Below, in pieces: positions 1 to 9,234 of a stretch of 64,000 bases of DNA (the stretch's first letter is position 1; each line of letters starts with the position of its first letter). The position numbers were made by a program, and so were the translations under genes. The notes beneath the pieces are model-generated. The model saw only the letters and a program-made list of their open reading frames with translations, had not been told where the DNA came from and searched no databases. The stretch is from Peptostreptococcaceae bacterium (lineage in GTDB: Bacteria; Bacillota; Clostridia; Peptostreptococcales; Anaerovoracaceae), in the NCBI GenBank assembly GCA_016650175.1, contig JAENWG010000002.1, forward strand, positions 8,214 through 72,213, read 5' to 3'.

Positions 1-1867
1 AGCAAGAAGAACAAACACTGTACTTCAAACTGCTTTCTTTAAATTAGCTAATATAATCCCTATCGACGAAGCTGTAGGTTATCTTAAAGATGCAATCAAG
101 AAAACATATGGTAGAAAAGGCGATAAAATTGTAAACATGAACTGCGAAGCAGTTGATGCAGGTCTTGGTAGTATTCATAAAGTAGTAATTCCTGCTGGTT
201 GGGATAAAGCTACAGATGAAGCTGTAGTTACTAATGTTAAGTACAACAATGCTTTCCAAGAAAAATATATTAAAGATATAATGCTTCCTACAAATTCTAT
301 GGATGGAGATTCAGTTCCTGTTTCAGCATTCTTAGATACACCTGATGGATTACTTCCAGCTGGTACAGCTGCTTTTGAAAAACGTGGTGTTGCAGTAGAA
401 GTTCCAACTTGGCTTCCTGATAATTGTTTACAGTGTAACTGGTGTTCTACTGTATGTCCTCATGCTGCTATTAGACCATTTGTACTTACAGATGAAGAAG
501 CAGATGAAATGGGAGCAGATACAGTTGAATTAAAAGGCGATAAAACTAAGAAATTTACTATAGCTATATCAGCATTAGATTGTACAGGTTGCGGTTCTTG
601 TATCGAAGTATGTCCTGCAAGAAAGAAAGCTTTAGAACCACAACCATTTGGTGAAGTAGTTAAAACTCATCAACCTAAATTTGATTATGCAGTAGCTAAT
701 GTTACTGATAAAGTTTTACCTTTTGATCAATCAACGGTCAAAGGTGCACAATACAAAAAACCACTTCTTGAGTTCTCTGGAGCTTGCCCTGGATGTGGAG
801 AAACACCATATGCTAAACTTGTTACTCAATTATACGGAGATAGAATGTTCATAGCTAATGCTACAGGATGTTCATCAATTTGGGGATGCTCCGCACCTTC
901 AACTCCTTATACTGTAAATAAAGAAGGCAAAGGACCTGCATGGGCTAATTCACTATTTGAAGACAATGCAGAATTTGGTCTTGGTATGGCTGTATCTATG
1001 AAGAATCGTAGAGAAGCTATGCTATCTGTAATAACAAGATTAGCAGAAGATGCTAAATATAAAGAAACAGCTAAAAGATGGATTAAAGGCATGCAAGTAG
1101 CTGAAGAAGCTGAAGATGCTGGAAATCAGTTAGTAGAATTATGTAAAGCTGACAAAGGAAATAAAGATGCTGAATACGTAGTAGAAAATGCTGATATGCT
1201 TACTAAACCATCAATATGGATATTCGGTGGTGACGGATGGGCTTATGACATTGGTTACGGCGGAGTAGATCATGCAATAGCATCAGGCGAAAATGTTAAT
1301 ATCATGGTATTTGACACTGAAGTTTACTCTAATACAGGAGGACAAGCTTCTAAGGCAACTCCAATAGGAGCAGTAGCTAAATTTGCTGCTAATGGTAAGC
1401 CTATCAATAAGAAAAACCTGATTCAGATGGCTATGGCTTACGGTTACGTATATGTAGCACAAATCGCTATAGGTACTAATCCTGATCAATCTTTACAAGC
1501 TATCAGAGAAGCTGAAGCATATGATGGTCCATCACTAATCATAGCCTATGCTCCATGCATTAACCACGGTGTTAAGGCAGGTATGAATAAGTCTATGGAA
1601 GAAATGAAAAAAGCTGTTAGATCAGGTTATTGGAATTTACTAAGATTTAACCCTGAATTGGTTGCTGAAAAGAAAAATCCATTAACTTTAGACAGTCAAG
1701 AACCAACAGAGTCATATAGAGATTTCATCATGGGTGAGGTAAGATACAACTCACTAACTCTTAAGTATCCTGAAAGAGCTAAAAAACTTTTCGCAGAATC
1801 AGAAGACGCTGCTAAAATGAGATATGACGCTTTATTAAGACAACACAAGAGTTATGAACCTAATTAG
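1..1867 (+). CDS. nifJ: Pyruvate:ferredoxin (flavodoxin) oxidoreductase, C-terminal ~620 aa (5' end lies outside the window)
   Basis: The frame is open from the window edge, so the ATG at 137 is internal. Two ferredoxin-type Cys clusters (CLQCNWCSTVCP, CTGCGSCIEVCP). TPP-binding GDGWAYDIG motif. Tail typical of ~1170-aa single-chain PFOR. Confidence 0.9.
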   Translation, partial: ARRTNTVLQTAFFKLANIIPIDEAVGYLKDAIKKTYGRKGDKIVNMNCEAVDAGLGSIHKVVIPAGWDKATDEAVVTNVKYNNAFQEKYIKDIMLPTNSMDGDSVPVSAFLDTPDGLLPAGTAAFEKRGVAVEVPTWLPDNCLQCNWCSTVCPHAAIRPFVLTDEEADEMGADTVELKGDKTKKFTIAISALDCTGCGSCIEVCPARKKALEPQPFGEVVKTHQPKFDYAVANVTDKVLPFDQSTVKGAQYKKPLLEFSGACPGCGETPYAKLVTQLYGDRMFIANATGCSSIWGCSAPSTPYTVNKEGKGPAWANSLFEDNAEFGLGMAVSMKNRREAMLSVITRLAEDAKYKETAKRWIKGMQVAEEAEDAGNQLVELCKADKGNKDAEYVVENADMLTKPSIWIFGGDGWAYDIGYGGVDHAIASGENVNIMVFDTEVYSNTGGQASKATPIGAVAKFAANGKPINKKNLIQMAMAYGYVYVAQIAIGTNPDQSLQAIREAEAYDGPSLIIAYAPCINHGVKAGMNKSMEEMKKAVRSGYWNLLRFNPELVAEKKNPLTLDSQEPTESYRDFIMGEVRYNSLTLKYPERAKKLFAESEDAAKMRYDALLRQHKSYEPN

Positions 1868-1881
1868 GAAGGAGATTACGA

Positions 1882-2730
1882 ATGTTTAAAATTGTAAATA
1901 AAAAACAATTAAGTCATGATATGGTTTGGTTCGATATTGAAGCACCGTTGATTGCAAAAAAAGCTAAGCCTGGTCAATTTGTTATTCTTCGTACTGATGA
2001 ATATGGTGAAAGAATTCCTCTTACTATGGCAGGTCACGATGCAAACAAAGGAACTATAACTATAGTATTCCAAGCAGTAGGAAAATCTACAAAAATCATG
2101 GCAGCTTTAGAAGTAGGCCAAGGATTTGAAGATATAGTAGGGCCTCTTGGAAAGCCAACTGGTACTGAAGGTATTAAAAGAGTATGTGTAGTAGGCGGAG
2201 GTACAGGTAATGCGTTAGCTTATCCAATCGCTACAGGTATGCACGATGCTGGAATAAAAGTTGATATGGTTATGGGATTCAAAAACAAAGAATTAGTAAT
2301 TCTTGAAGAAGAATTCAAAGCAGGAGTGGACAATCTTTACATAACTACAGATGATGGTAGTTATGGTGAAAAAGGATTCACAACTAATAAATTAAAACAA
2401 TTAATTGAAGATGGTAATCAATATGACGAAGTTATAGCAGTTGGACCACCAATCATGATGAAGTTTATCTGCGCAGTAACTAAGGATTACGATATTAAGA
2501 CTGTTGTATCTTTAACAGCTCTTATGATTGACGGCTCAGGAATGTGCGGTTGTTGCCGTGTTACAGTTAATGGAGAAAACAAATATGTATGCATAGATGG
2601 TCCTGAATTTGATGGACAAGGTGTCGATTGGGATAGTGTCATCGCTAGAAATGCTTTCTATTTTGATGAGGAAGAAGATGCTAGACATCACAATTGTCAT
2701 ATAACAGGAGGTGTACGTCAAAATGATTAA
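1882..2730 (+). CDS. nfnA: NfnA-type FAD/[2Fe-2S] subunit (PyrK / sulfide dehydrogenase-like ferredoxin-NADP+ reductase subunit)
   Basis: 282 aa. GGGTGNA nucleotide-binding motif. C-terminal CGCCRV...C [2Fe-2S] pattern. RBS GGAAGGAG upstream. Paired with a GltD-like subunit. Confidence 0.75.
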   Translation: MFKIVNKKQLSHDMVWFDIEAPLIAKKAKPGQFVILRTDEYGERIPLTMAGHDANKGTITIVFQAVGKSTKIMAALEVGQGFEDIVGPLGKPTGTEGIKRVCVVGGGTGNALAYPIATGMHDAGIKVDMVMGFKNKELVILEEEFKAGVDNLYITTDDGSYGEKGFTTNKLKQLIEDGNQYDEVIAVGPPIMMKFICAVTKDYDIKTVVSLTALMIDGSGMCGCCRVTVNGENKYVCIDGPEFDGQGVDWDSVIARNAFYFDEEEDARHHNCHITGGVRQND

Positions 2731-4114
2731 TTTTGTAGAAAATAAAAACCCTATGCCTTCACAAGATCCTAACGTACGTAATAAGAATTTTGTGGAAGTT
2801 ACAAGTGGTTATACGGACAAAATGGCTATAAACGAAGCTATGCGTTGTTTACAGTGTAGAGACAAACCTTGTACAGGTGGATGCCCAGTACTTGTTAAGA
2901 TTCCTGAATTCATAGCTCAAGTAGCTAAAGGCGAATTCGAAGAAGCTTTCCAAATAATAGGTACTACAAATTCGCTTCCTGCTGTATGTGGAAGAGTATG
3001 TCCTCAAGAAAACCAATGTGAAGGTGAATGTGTACGTGGTAAAGACGGCGAACCAGTAGCAATTGGTAGACTTGAAAGATTTGTAGCCGACTGGCATAGA
3101 GACCACTTTGGTGATATTAAAGATCAACCAACCAAAGCTAACGGTCACAAAGCTGCTATTGTAGGTTCTGGCCCTGCCGGACTTGCTTGCGCAGGAGATC
3201 TAATTGTTGAAGGTTACGATGTAACTGTATTTGAAAGTCTTCATAAAGAGGGCGGAGTGCTTGCTTATGGTATCCCTGAATTTCGTCTTCCTAAGAGCAT
3301 TGTTCAAATGGAAGTAGACAAATTAGCTGATAAAGGCGTTAAATTTGTTAAAGATGCAGTTGTTGGTAAGATTTTTTCTGTAGATGAGCTTCTTAACGAA
3401 GGTTATGAATCAGTATTTGTAGGTACAGGCGCAGGCCTTCCTAGATTTATGAATATGCCTGGTGAAAACTTACTTGGAGTATATTCAGCTAATGAATACT
3501 TAACTCGTATTAATCTTATGAAAGCATATAAAGCTGAATATGATACACCTATTAAGGTTAATAAAAATGTAGCCGTAATCGGTGGTGGTAACGTAGCTAT
3601 GGATTCAGCACGTTGTGCTAAACGTATGGGTGCAGAAAATGTTTATATAGTATATAGACGTTCAATGGATGAAATTCCTGCACGTAAGGAAGAAATTGAG
3701 CATGCTATTGAAGAAGGAATAATCTTCAAGCTATTAAACAATCCTGTACAAGTAATAGGTGATGACAAAAAGTACGTAACTGGCCTTGAATGCGTAGAGA
3801 TGGAACTTGGCGAACCTGATGCTTCAGGTAGACGTCGTCCTATCGAAAAGAAGGGTTCAAATTTCGTATTAGATGTTGATGCTGTAATAGTATCTATCGG
3901 TACAAACCTTAACAAACTTATATTAGAAACTACTGAAAATTTAGAGGCTAATAAAAATGGTGGTATAGGTGCGTCTGATGATGACGGAGTTACATCAAAT
4001 CCAGCAGTATTTGCTGGTGGAGATGCCGTAACAGGTGCTGCTACTGTAATACTTGCAATGGGAGCAGGAAAGAAAGCTGCCGCAGGTATGATTTCATACA
4101 TGGAAAACAAATAA
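2723..4114 (+). CDS. nfnB: NfnB / GltD-like NADPH-dependent oxidoreductase beta subunit
   Basis: N-terminal Cys clusters (CLQCRDKPC, CPQENQCEGEC). Two Rossmann motifs (GSGPAGLA, GGGNVAMD). The ATG at 2723 sits behind AGGAGG and overlaps the nfnA stop; the ORF track starts earlier, at GTG 2711. Confidence 0.75.
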   Translation: MINFVENKNPMPSQDPNVRNKNFVEVTSGYTDKMAINEAMRCLQCRDKPCTGGCPVLVKIPEFIAQVAKGEFEEAFQIIGTTNSLPAVCGRVCPQENQCEGECVRGKDGEPVAIGRLERFVADWHRDHFGDIKDQPTKANGHKAAIVGSGPAGLACAGDLIVEGYDVTVFESLHKEGGVLAYGIPEFRLPKSIVQMEVDKLADKGVKFVKDAVVGKIFSVDELLNEGYESVFVGTGAGLPRFMNMPGENLLGVYSANEYLTRINLMKAYKAEYDTPIKVNKNVAVIGGGNVAMDSARCAKRMGAENVYIVYRRSMDEIPARKEEIEHAIEEGIIFKLLNNPVQVIGDDKKYVTGLECVEMELGEPDASGRRRPIEKKGSNFVLDVDAVIVSIGTNLNKLILETTENLEANKNGGIGASDDDGVTSNPAVFAGGDAVTGAATVILAMGAGKKAAAGMISYMENK

Positions 4115-4126
4115 ATAAAGCTTAAA

Positions 4127-4157
4127 CAAAAGAGAGCAATTAATTTTGCTCTCTTTT
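4127..4157 (+). terminator. Rho-independent terminator after nfnB
   Basis: AAAAGAGAGCAA-TTAATT-TTGCTCTCTTTT hairpin followed by T-rich tail. Confidence 0.6.
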
Positions 4158-4196
4158 ATGTTGTCTACAACTGAAATAATGAAAATTCAAAAAAAC

Positions 4197-4227
4197 AAAA
4201 AGAGAGCAATTACTTTGCTCTCTTTTT
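4197..4227 (-). terminator. Rho-independent terminator of the sel operon (near-copy of the 4127-4157 hairpin)
   Basis: AGAGAGCAA / TTGCTCTCT stem begins 2 nt after the selenoprotein stop codon. On the minus strand it is followed by TTTTTGTTTTTTTG. Confidence 0.6.
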
Positions 4228-4228
4228 G

Positions 4229-4555
4229 TTATCTACAACTTCCGCCAGGTCCGCCTTCGACACCAACACCATCAACAAACAGTGTAGTGCTCCAGAAAAA
4301 CTTGCTTAAGTTGAATTTAACGTCTTCTCCGTAAGCATAAACTCTTTTATCAAAATAGACTTTACCTAACTCAGAATCAACTTTTTTAAATGAATTTGTT
4401 TTTAAAACCTTAATATCTTCTTCGCTTGCAAACCTTGCAAGTACCTGTGAAATAGGGCCCCCTCAGCCTTGTGACTGAGCAACGGCAACGATGATATTAG
4501 GTGTTTCTTTTTCATTCATATAATCTTTAACGTCTTGACTTAAAATTATATTCAT
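4229..4555 (-). CDS. Small selenoprotein (108 aa, Sec31), IscA/HesB-like; absent from the ORF track because of an in-frame UGA
   Basis: ATG at 4555-4553 preceded by GGAGGT. Translation: MNIILSQDVKDYMNEKETPNIIVAVAQSQG-U-GGPISQVLARF...GGPGGSCR*. The TGA at 4465-4463 is in frame. A hairpin lies 21 nt downstream. The gene sits directly after selB. The G-U-G-G context resembles the GCSG cluster-ligand motif of IscA/HesB. Confidence 0.7.
4425..4441 (-). promoter_or_regulatory. Candidate bacterial SECIS hairpin for the small selenoprotein
   Basis: mRNA CUUGCAA-GGU-UUGCAAG: 7-bp perfect stem with a G-containing apical loop, starting 21 nt 3' of the UGA. Confidence 0.45.
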
Positions 4556-4622
4556 TAAATTACCTCCATACTCTTATTTGTCTCTATTATAACAATAACT
4601 CTTATATATGTATGTGACTATA

Positions 4623-6476
4623 TCACACAAAATATCTTAAATTTTCCACTTTGTAAGTAATGTTTTTAGCATCGAATGCATCAAGTATTAATAAAGCGTT
4701 TTTTCTTGAAGTGTTTAATTCATCTCTAAAGTCTCCAAGTGATACTCCACCTTTTTGAGATAGTTTTCTAAATAAATCAATTGCTTTATCGAAGTTTGAT
4801 TTACTTATGTATAAATCGTTTCCAAGCCTTATTAAAGCACCTTTTTTTTCAAGGTAGATTAAATAATCTTTGTTATCTTTAGTTGTATTGACAGAAAACT
4901 TTTGATCATCAATTGCTTTTAAAACATCATCTAATTTACTTTGATCTACTTTTACGCTGTGGCCTGGCAAATTCAGATAAACATCATTTGTTACAATTAC
5001 CTTTTTGCTTATTAATATTTTAATTATTTCATCAACGACTTTACTGTTTTCTATATTAAGCTTGTTGGATATTTTACTGTTAAGTTCTTTAATTTTAATA
5101 CCAAGGCTTAAGGTATTGTTGTTTTGATTTTCTTTAAATATTTCAACAATTTTAGTGCTTAAATTATTAAGTCTGTCTTCTGATACCACGCATTCACCAA
5201 CAAATATTACTTTCTTATCATCTATTAGCTCTTTTAGAAGTTCATCAGTGCCATCACCAATTATTCTTTTTAAACTTGTTAATTCAGGAAATCTGCTTTG
5301 TCCATATTCAATTAACGAAAGCAGGGCTTCGGTTTCACTGTTAGAATCAAGCAATTTAAAAGCTTCTATTGATTCTTCTTTTTGTCTTTTATGCTTTTTA
5401 GGCTTAGGATTTAATACTAATCCGCCGCCAAAAGTTTCAAGAGGTGAGAAGAACCTAATAATAAACGGATCGTTTCTTTTAAGTGCTATTTCTTCTTCAA
5501 GTCTTAGTTGAGCATAAGCTTTCTGACCAGCTCTAATTTCGTCTGTACCAATTAAAACGACTTTAGCTATCATTTCCTTAGACCCTACATAAAAATGTAT
5601 TCTATCATTGTTTTTGAGCCTTCTCTTGGTGTTTTCGAACAGGGTTATGGAAACATCTACTATCATAGAAGTCTCCATTGCATTTGGCATCGCAAGTACA
5701 TCGCCTCTTGATATATCTTCTTTTTTTAAGTTTGTAAGATTAATAGCAGTTCTTTGACCTGCCGATGCAGAATTTACATCTTTGTCATGCACCTGAAGAT
5801 TCCTTACTTTAGCTTTAAGCATAGAAGGGTAGAGCACGATTTCATCTCCTGTGCTTAAGCTACCTTCAATCATAGTACCTGTAACTACAGTACCAAAACC
5901 CTTAATTGAAAAGATTCTATCTATAGGCATTCTGAACATTTTTTTATCAGTATTTTTATTACCTATTTCTTTAGCTTTACTTAAAATTTCTTGTTTAAGA
6001 TAATCTATATTTTCCATTGTTTTAGATGAAACTTTAATTATTTCAGTTTCTTCTAAAAAGGTGCCTTTAATTAAAGTATTTATATCATCTTCTACTAAGC
6101 TAAGCATTTCTTCATCAACAGAATCAATTTTGGTAATAACTGGTATACCTTTAGTAATACCTAGACTTTTAACTATATCAAAATGTTCTACAGTTTGAGG
6201 CATTACACCTTCATCTGCTGCTACTACAAGAAGCACTATATCAATGCCTTGCGCGCCTGCTAACATATTTTTAATGAATTTTTCATGACCCGGTACATCA
6301 ATTATCCCTATATCAAGGTTTTCATCATTCGGCATATATGTAAAACCAAGCTCAATTGTAATTCCTCTTCTTTTTTCTTCAATTAGTCTGTCAGTATCCG
6401 TACCTGTTAATGCTTTAATAAGCCAAGTTTTACCGTGATCTACATGGCCGGCTGTTCCAACTACAACATTTTTCAT
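4623..6476 (-). CDS. selB: Selenocysteine-specific translation elongation factor SelB
   Basis: N-terminal GTPase (GHVDHGKT, DVPGHEKF, TKID), EF-Tu-like domains II/III, and a long winged-helix C-terminal extension. Adjacent to selA. Confidence 0.9.
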   Translation of the reverse strand: MKNVVVGTAGHVDHGKTWLIKALTGTDTDRLIEEKRRGITIELGFTYMPNDENLDIGIIDVPGHEKFIKNMLAGAQGIDIVLLVVAADEGVMPQTVEHFDIVKSLGITKGIPVITKIDSVDEEMLSLVEDDINTLIKGTFLEETEIIKVSSKTMENIDYLKQEILSKAKEIGNKNTDKKMFRMPIDRIFSIKGFGTVVTGTMIEGSLSTGDEIVLYPSMLKAKVRNLQVHDKDVNSASAGQRTAINLTNLKKEDISRGDVLAMPNAMETSMIVDVSITLFENTKRRLKNNDRIHFYVGSKEMIAKVVLIGTDEIRAGQKAYAQLRLEEEIALKRNDPFIIRFFSPLETFGGGLVLNPKPKKHKRQKEESIEAFKLLDSNSETEALLSLIEYGQSRFPELTSLKRIIGDGTDELLKELIDDKKVIFVGECVVSEDRLNNLSTKIVEIFKENQNNNTLSLGIKIKELNSKISNKLNIENSKVVDEIIKILISKKVIVTNDVYLNLPGHSVKVDQSKLDDVLKAIDDQKFSVNTTKDNKDYLIYLEKKGALIRLGNDLYISKSNFDKAIDLFRKLSQKGGVSLGDFRDELNTSRKNALLILDAFDAKNITYKVENLRYFV

Positions 6477-6477
6477 T

Positions 6478-7869
6478 TTATAGCTCCTTTATTGCTTTAG
6501 CTATAACTTCTATTTCATCATCGCCAACTGTTCTTAATACAAATATTATTTTATCTTTATATATTCTGCATATAATTGGTGTTTTTGAATTTCTAAGTTT
6601 TCTTTCTAATTTTTCTGAAGTTAACGTCTTATGGCTAATACTTACTCCGTATCCATCTAAGTATGTAGTAGGGGCGGAGCCACCACCAATTTGATCCTTA
6701 GTTTCTACAACTTCAGCTTTAATATCGCAAATTTCATTTAATTCTTCAGATAACTTTTCTGCTTTCTTTTTTATTGTCTCAGGAAGAGATGTTATCATTT
6801 TAAGAGTAGGGATTTCAACCAAAGCTTTATCTTCATCCAAATAGGTTCTTAGTGTTACTTCTAAAGAGGCGAGAGTCATCTTATCTACTCTTAAAGCTCT
6901 TGCTAAAGGATGTCTTTTTAATTTATCGATGTAATTAGACTTACCTATGATTATTCCGCACTGTGGGCCTCCTAAGAGCTTATCACCACTAAAGAGGGCT
7001 ACATCTATACCGCTTTTTACTGCATCAAGTACAGTTGGTTCTGATACACCGTATTTAGTAAGATTTACCATAAGACCACTTCCCATGTCATAAATTACAG
7101 GAAGGGATTTTTCATAACCTAATTTTACCAATTCGTCTAAGCTAACATCTTCTGTAAAGCCAACGATTTTATAGTTACTGGTATGAACCTTCATAAGCGC
7201 AGCTGTTTTTTCATCATCAATAGCCATTTCATAATCAGAAAGTTTTGTCTTATTTGTAGCTCCGACTTCTTTTAACGAGCATCCGCTTTGCATCATTATA
7301 TCTGGTATTCTAAACGAACCTCCGATTTCTACAAGCTCTCCACGAGAAACTATCATTTCTTTTCCATATCCCATAGCAGACAAAGTAAGCATGGTAGCTG
7401 CTGCATTGTTGTTAACTACCATTGCAGCTTCAACTCCAGTAAGCTTCTTTAAGATATATTCTACATGTGTATGACGAAGTCCACGACCACCTTTAGCTAA
7501 ATCATATTCTAGATTTGAATAGGATGTAGCAGAAAGTACGGCAGCTTTTGAAGCCTCATCACTTAGTTTAGATCTACCTAAATTAGTATGAATCACAGTA
7601 CCTGTAGCATTTATTACTTCTCTCATACTAAGTTTCTTTTTCTTTTCGATTCTATTTACTATATCAGCTAAAAGCAAATTGTAATCTAAAGTGTAATTAT
7701 CATCCGCTTTAGATACTTGGGTTCTTAATTCTGATATACATTCTCTAATTGAATCCATTACCAATACTTTTGGCATTTCTTCTAAATACACAAAAAGGCA
7801 TTGCTCTTGCAATACCTCATCTATTTTAGGAATTTTCCTCATCATTTCATTATTCATACTTTCCTCCAA
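6478..7869 (-). CDS. selA: L-seryl-tRNA(Sec) selenium transferase SelA
   Basis: 463 aa. Typical N-terminal KIPKIDEVL. NATGTVIHTNLGRS motif. PLP-lysine region FSGDKLLGGPQ. Confidence 0.9.
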   Translation of the reverse strand: MEESMNNEMMRKIPKIDEVLQEQCLFVYLEEMPKVLVMDSIRECISELRTQVSKADDNYTLDYNLLLADIVNRIEKKKKLSMREVINATGTVIHTNLGRSKLSDEASKAAVLSATSYSNLEYDLAKGGRGLRHTHVEYILKKLTGVEAAMVVNNNAAATMLTLSAMGYGKEMIVSRGELVEIGGSFRIPDIMMQSGCSLKEVGATNKTKLSDYEMAIDDEKTAALMKVHTSNYKIVGFTEDVSLDELVKLGYEKSLPVIYDMGSGLMVNLTKYGVSEPTVLDAVKSGIDVALFSGDKLLGGPQCGIIIGKSNYIDKLKRHPLARALRVDKMTLASLEVTLRTYLDEDKALVEIPTLKMITSLPETIKKKAEKLSEELNEICDIKAEVVETKDQIGGGSAPTTYLDGYGVSISHKTLTSEKLERKLRNSKTPIICRIYKDKIIFVLRTVGDDEIEVIAKAIKEL

Positions 7870-7878
7870 TTAATTAAA

Positions 7879-7975
7879 TGGCGGAAGCATGTGGGAATTG
7901 AACCCACCTAGGAAGCTCTTAACTCCCCAAACCGGTTTTGAAGACCGGAGGGCACACCAGCACCCATCTGCTTCC
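7879..7975 (-). tRNA. selC: tRNA-Sec (anticodon UCA), CCA encoded
   Basis: Minus-strand sequence: GGAAGCAGATGGGTGCTGGTGTGCCCTCCGGTCTTCAAAACCGGTTTGGGGAGTTAAGAGCTTCCTAGGTGGGTTCAATTCCCACATGCTTCCGCCA. Anticodon loop is CT-TCA-AA between CCGGT/ACCGG. Long variable arm and extended acceptor stem. Lies between selD and selA. Confidence 0.85.
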
Positions 7976-7985
7976 AAATTAATTC

Positions 7986-9026
7986 TTAATCTTTTATATG
8001 TATTGTTGTGTTATCGCGTTTCTTTACCTGACCTACAATTTTAGCACATTCTATGCTTTGATTAAGGTCGCTTATTAATTTTAGGGCTTCTTTTTCAGGA
8101 AGTGAAATAAGTAAACCTCCTGCAGTTTCAGGATTAAAAAATACGTTTAACTGATTATCTGATATTTTAGTATCTATTGAAATATCAGCACCAACGTAGC
8201 TCTTATTTCTAAGAGTTCCTCCTGGAATTATGCCAGGCAATGCCATTTCAACTGCTCCATCTAGCATTGGTACTTTGCTTTTGAAAATATCTATAGATTT
8301 TTCGCTACCAATTGCCATTTCATAAAGGTGACCCAGTAGGCCAAATCCTGTAATATCAGTACAACTATTAACTTTATATCTACTCATTATTTCATAAGCA
8401 TATTTATTTAAAGTTACCATATATTCTATAGCCTTATCTGTAGCTATTTTAGGTATATGGCCACCTTTAAATGCGTTGTTTATTATTCCATTACCGATAG
8501 GTTTCGTAAGAATCAGTAAATCGCCTTCTTGAGCATTATCATTTCTAAGAATCTGATTGATATCAGCTATTCCAGTTACTGCAAGTCCATATTTGGGCTC
8601 ATTATCATTTAAAGTATGACCTCCAGCAATTATTGCTCCTGCTTCTAATACTTTTTCATATCCACCTTCTAAAATACTTCTTACATATTCTAAGTTCATA
8701 TCAGAAGGGAAGGCTAAAATATTCATGCAAAGATTAGGGCTAGCACCCATAGCATATATATCACTTAGGGAATTACTTGCCGCTATCTGACCGAAAAGAT
8801 AGGGATCATCTACCATAGGAGGAAATAAATCCACCGATTGTACCATAACTTTCTTTTCGTCTATCTTATATACTGCTGCGTCATCGCTGCTGCCGTAACC
8901 TACGAGTAGGTTAGTGGTATCTCCCATAGGAAGACCACATAAAATCTGTGAAAGGACACCCGGTCCTACCTTAGCTGCTCAGCCACCACTTGTAGTTAGT
9001 TTTGTAAGTTTAAGTTCTTCTGTCAT
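7986..9026 (-). CDS. selD: Selenide, water dikinase SelD, selenocysteine-containing form (Sec16); the ORF track shows only 7986-8927
   Basis: Upstream extension MTEELKLTKLTTSGG-U-AAKVGPGVLSQILCGLP is in frame with the tracked ORF, with the TGA at 8981-8979. This replaces the catalytic Cys of the SGG(C/U)xxK motif. ATG at 9026-9024 is preceded by AGGAGGT. Confidence 0.85.
8953..8967 (-). promoter_or_regulatory. Candidate SECIS hairpin for selD
   Basis: mRNA AGGAC-CGGGU-GUCCU starts 11 nt after the UGA. The stem is only 5 bp, so this is tentative. Confidence 0.4.
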
Positions 9027-9234
9027 ATAAACCTCCTATGTTGATTGCTTATAGTTATTACCACTATTATATACTATTCAAACATTATTTCAATATTAAT
9101 AGGGGAATTAGAAAAAACAGCTAGTAATATGAAAATGGTAATATATAACATATTATTATGTAGAAATGAACAATTATTTACATTGTTAATTAATATGGCT
9201 GGCTTATAATAAAAATGAAAGTAGAGGTAATAGT

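Noticed and set aside
4146-4334. Plus-strand 62-aa ORF in the nfnB / sel intergenic region
   Set aside because: It runs through two terminator hairpins. It is antisense to the much better supported UGA-containing selenoprotein gene (RBS, SECIS-like hairpin, operon context). It has no RBS of its own.
9027-9234. GAAC-containing inverted repeat (GAACAATTATTTACATTGTT) between selD and the BMC-like gene as a LexA box
   Set aside because: It does not fit GAAC-N4-GTTC spacing. It is only a 6-bp AACAAT/ATTGTT inverted repeat in AT-rich DNA.
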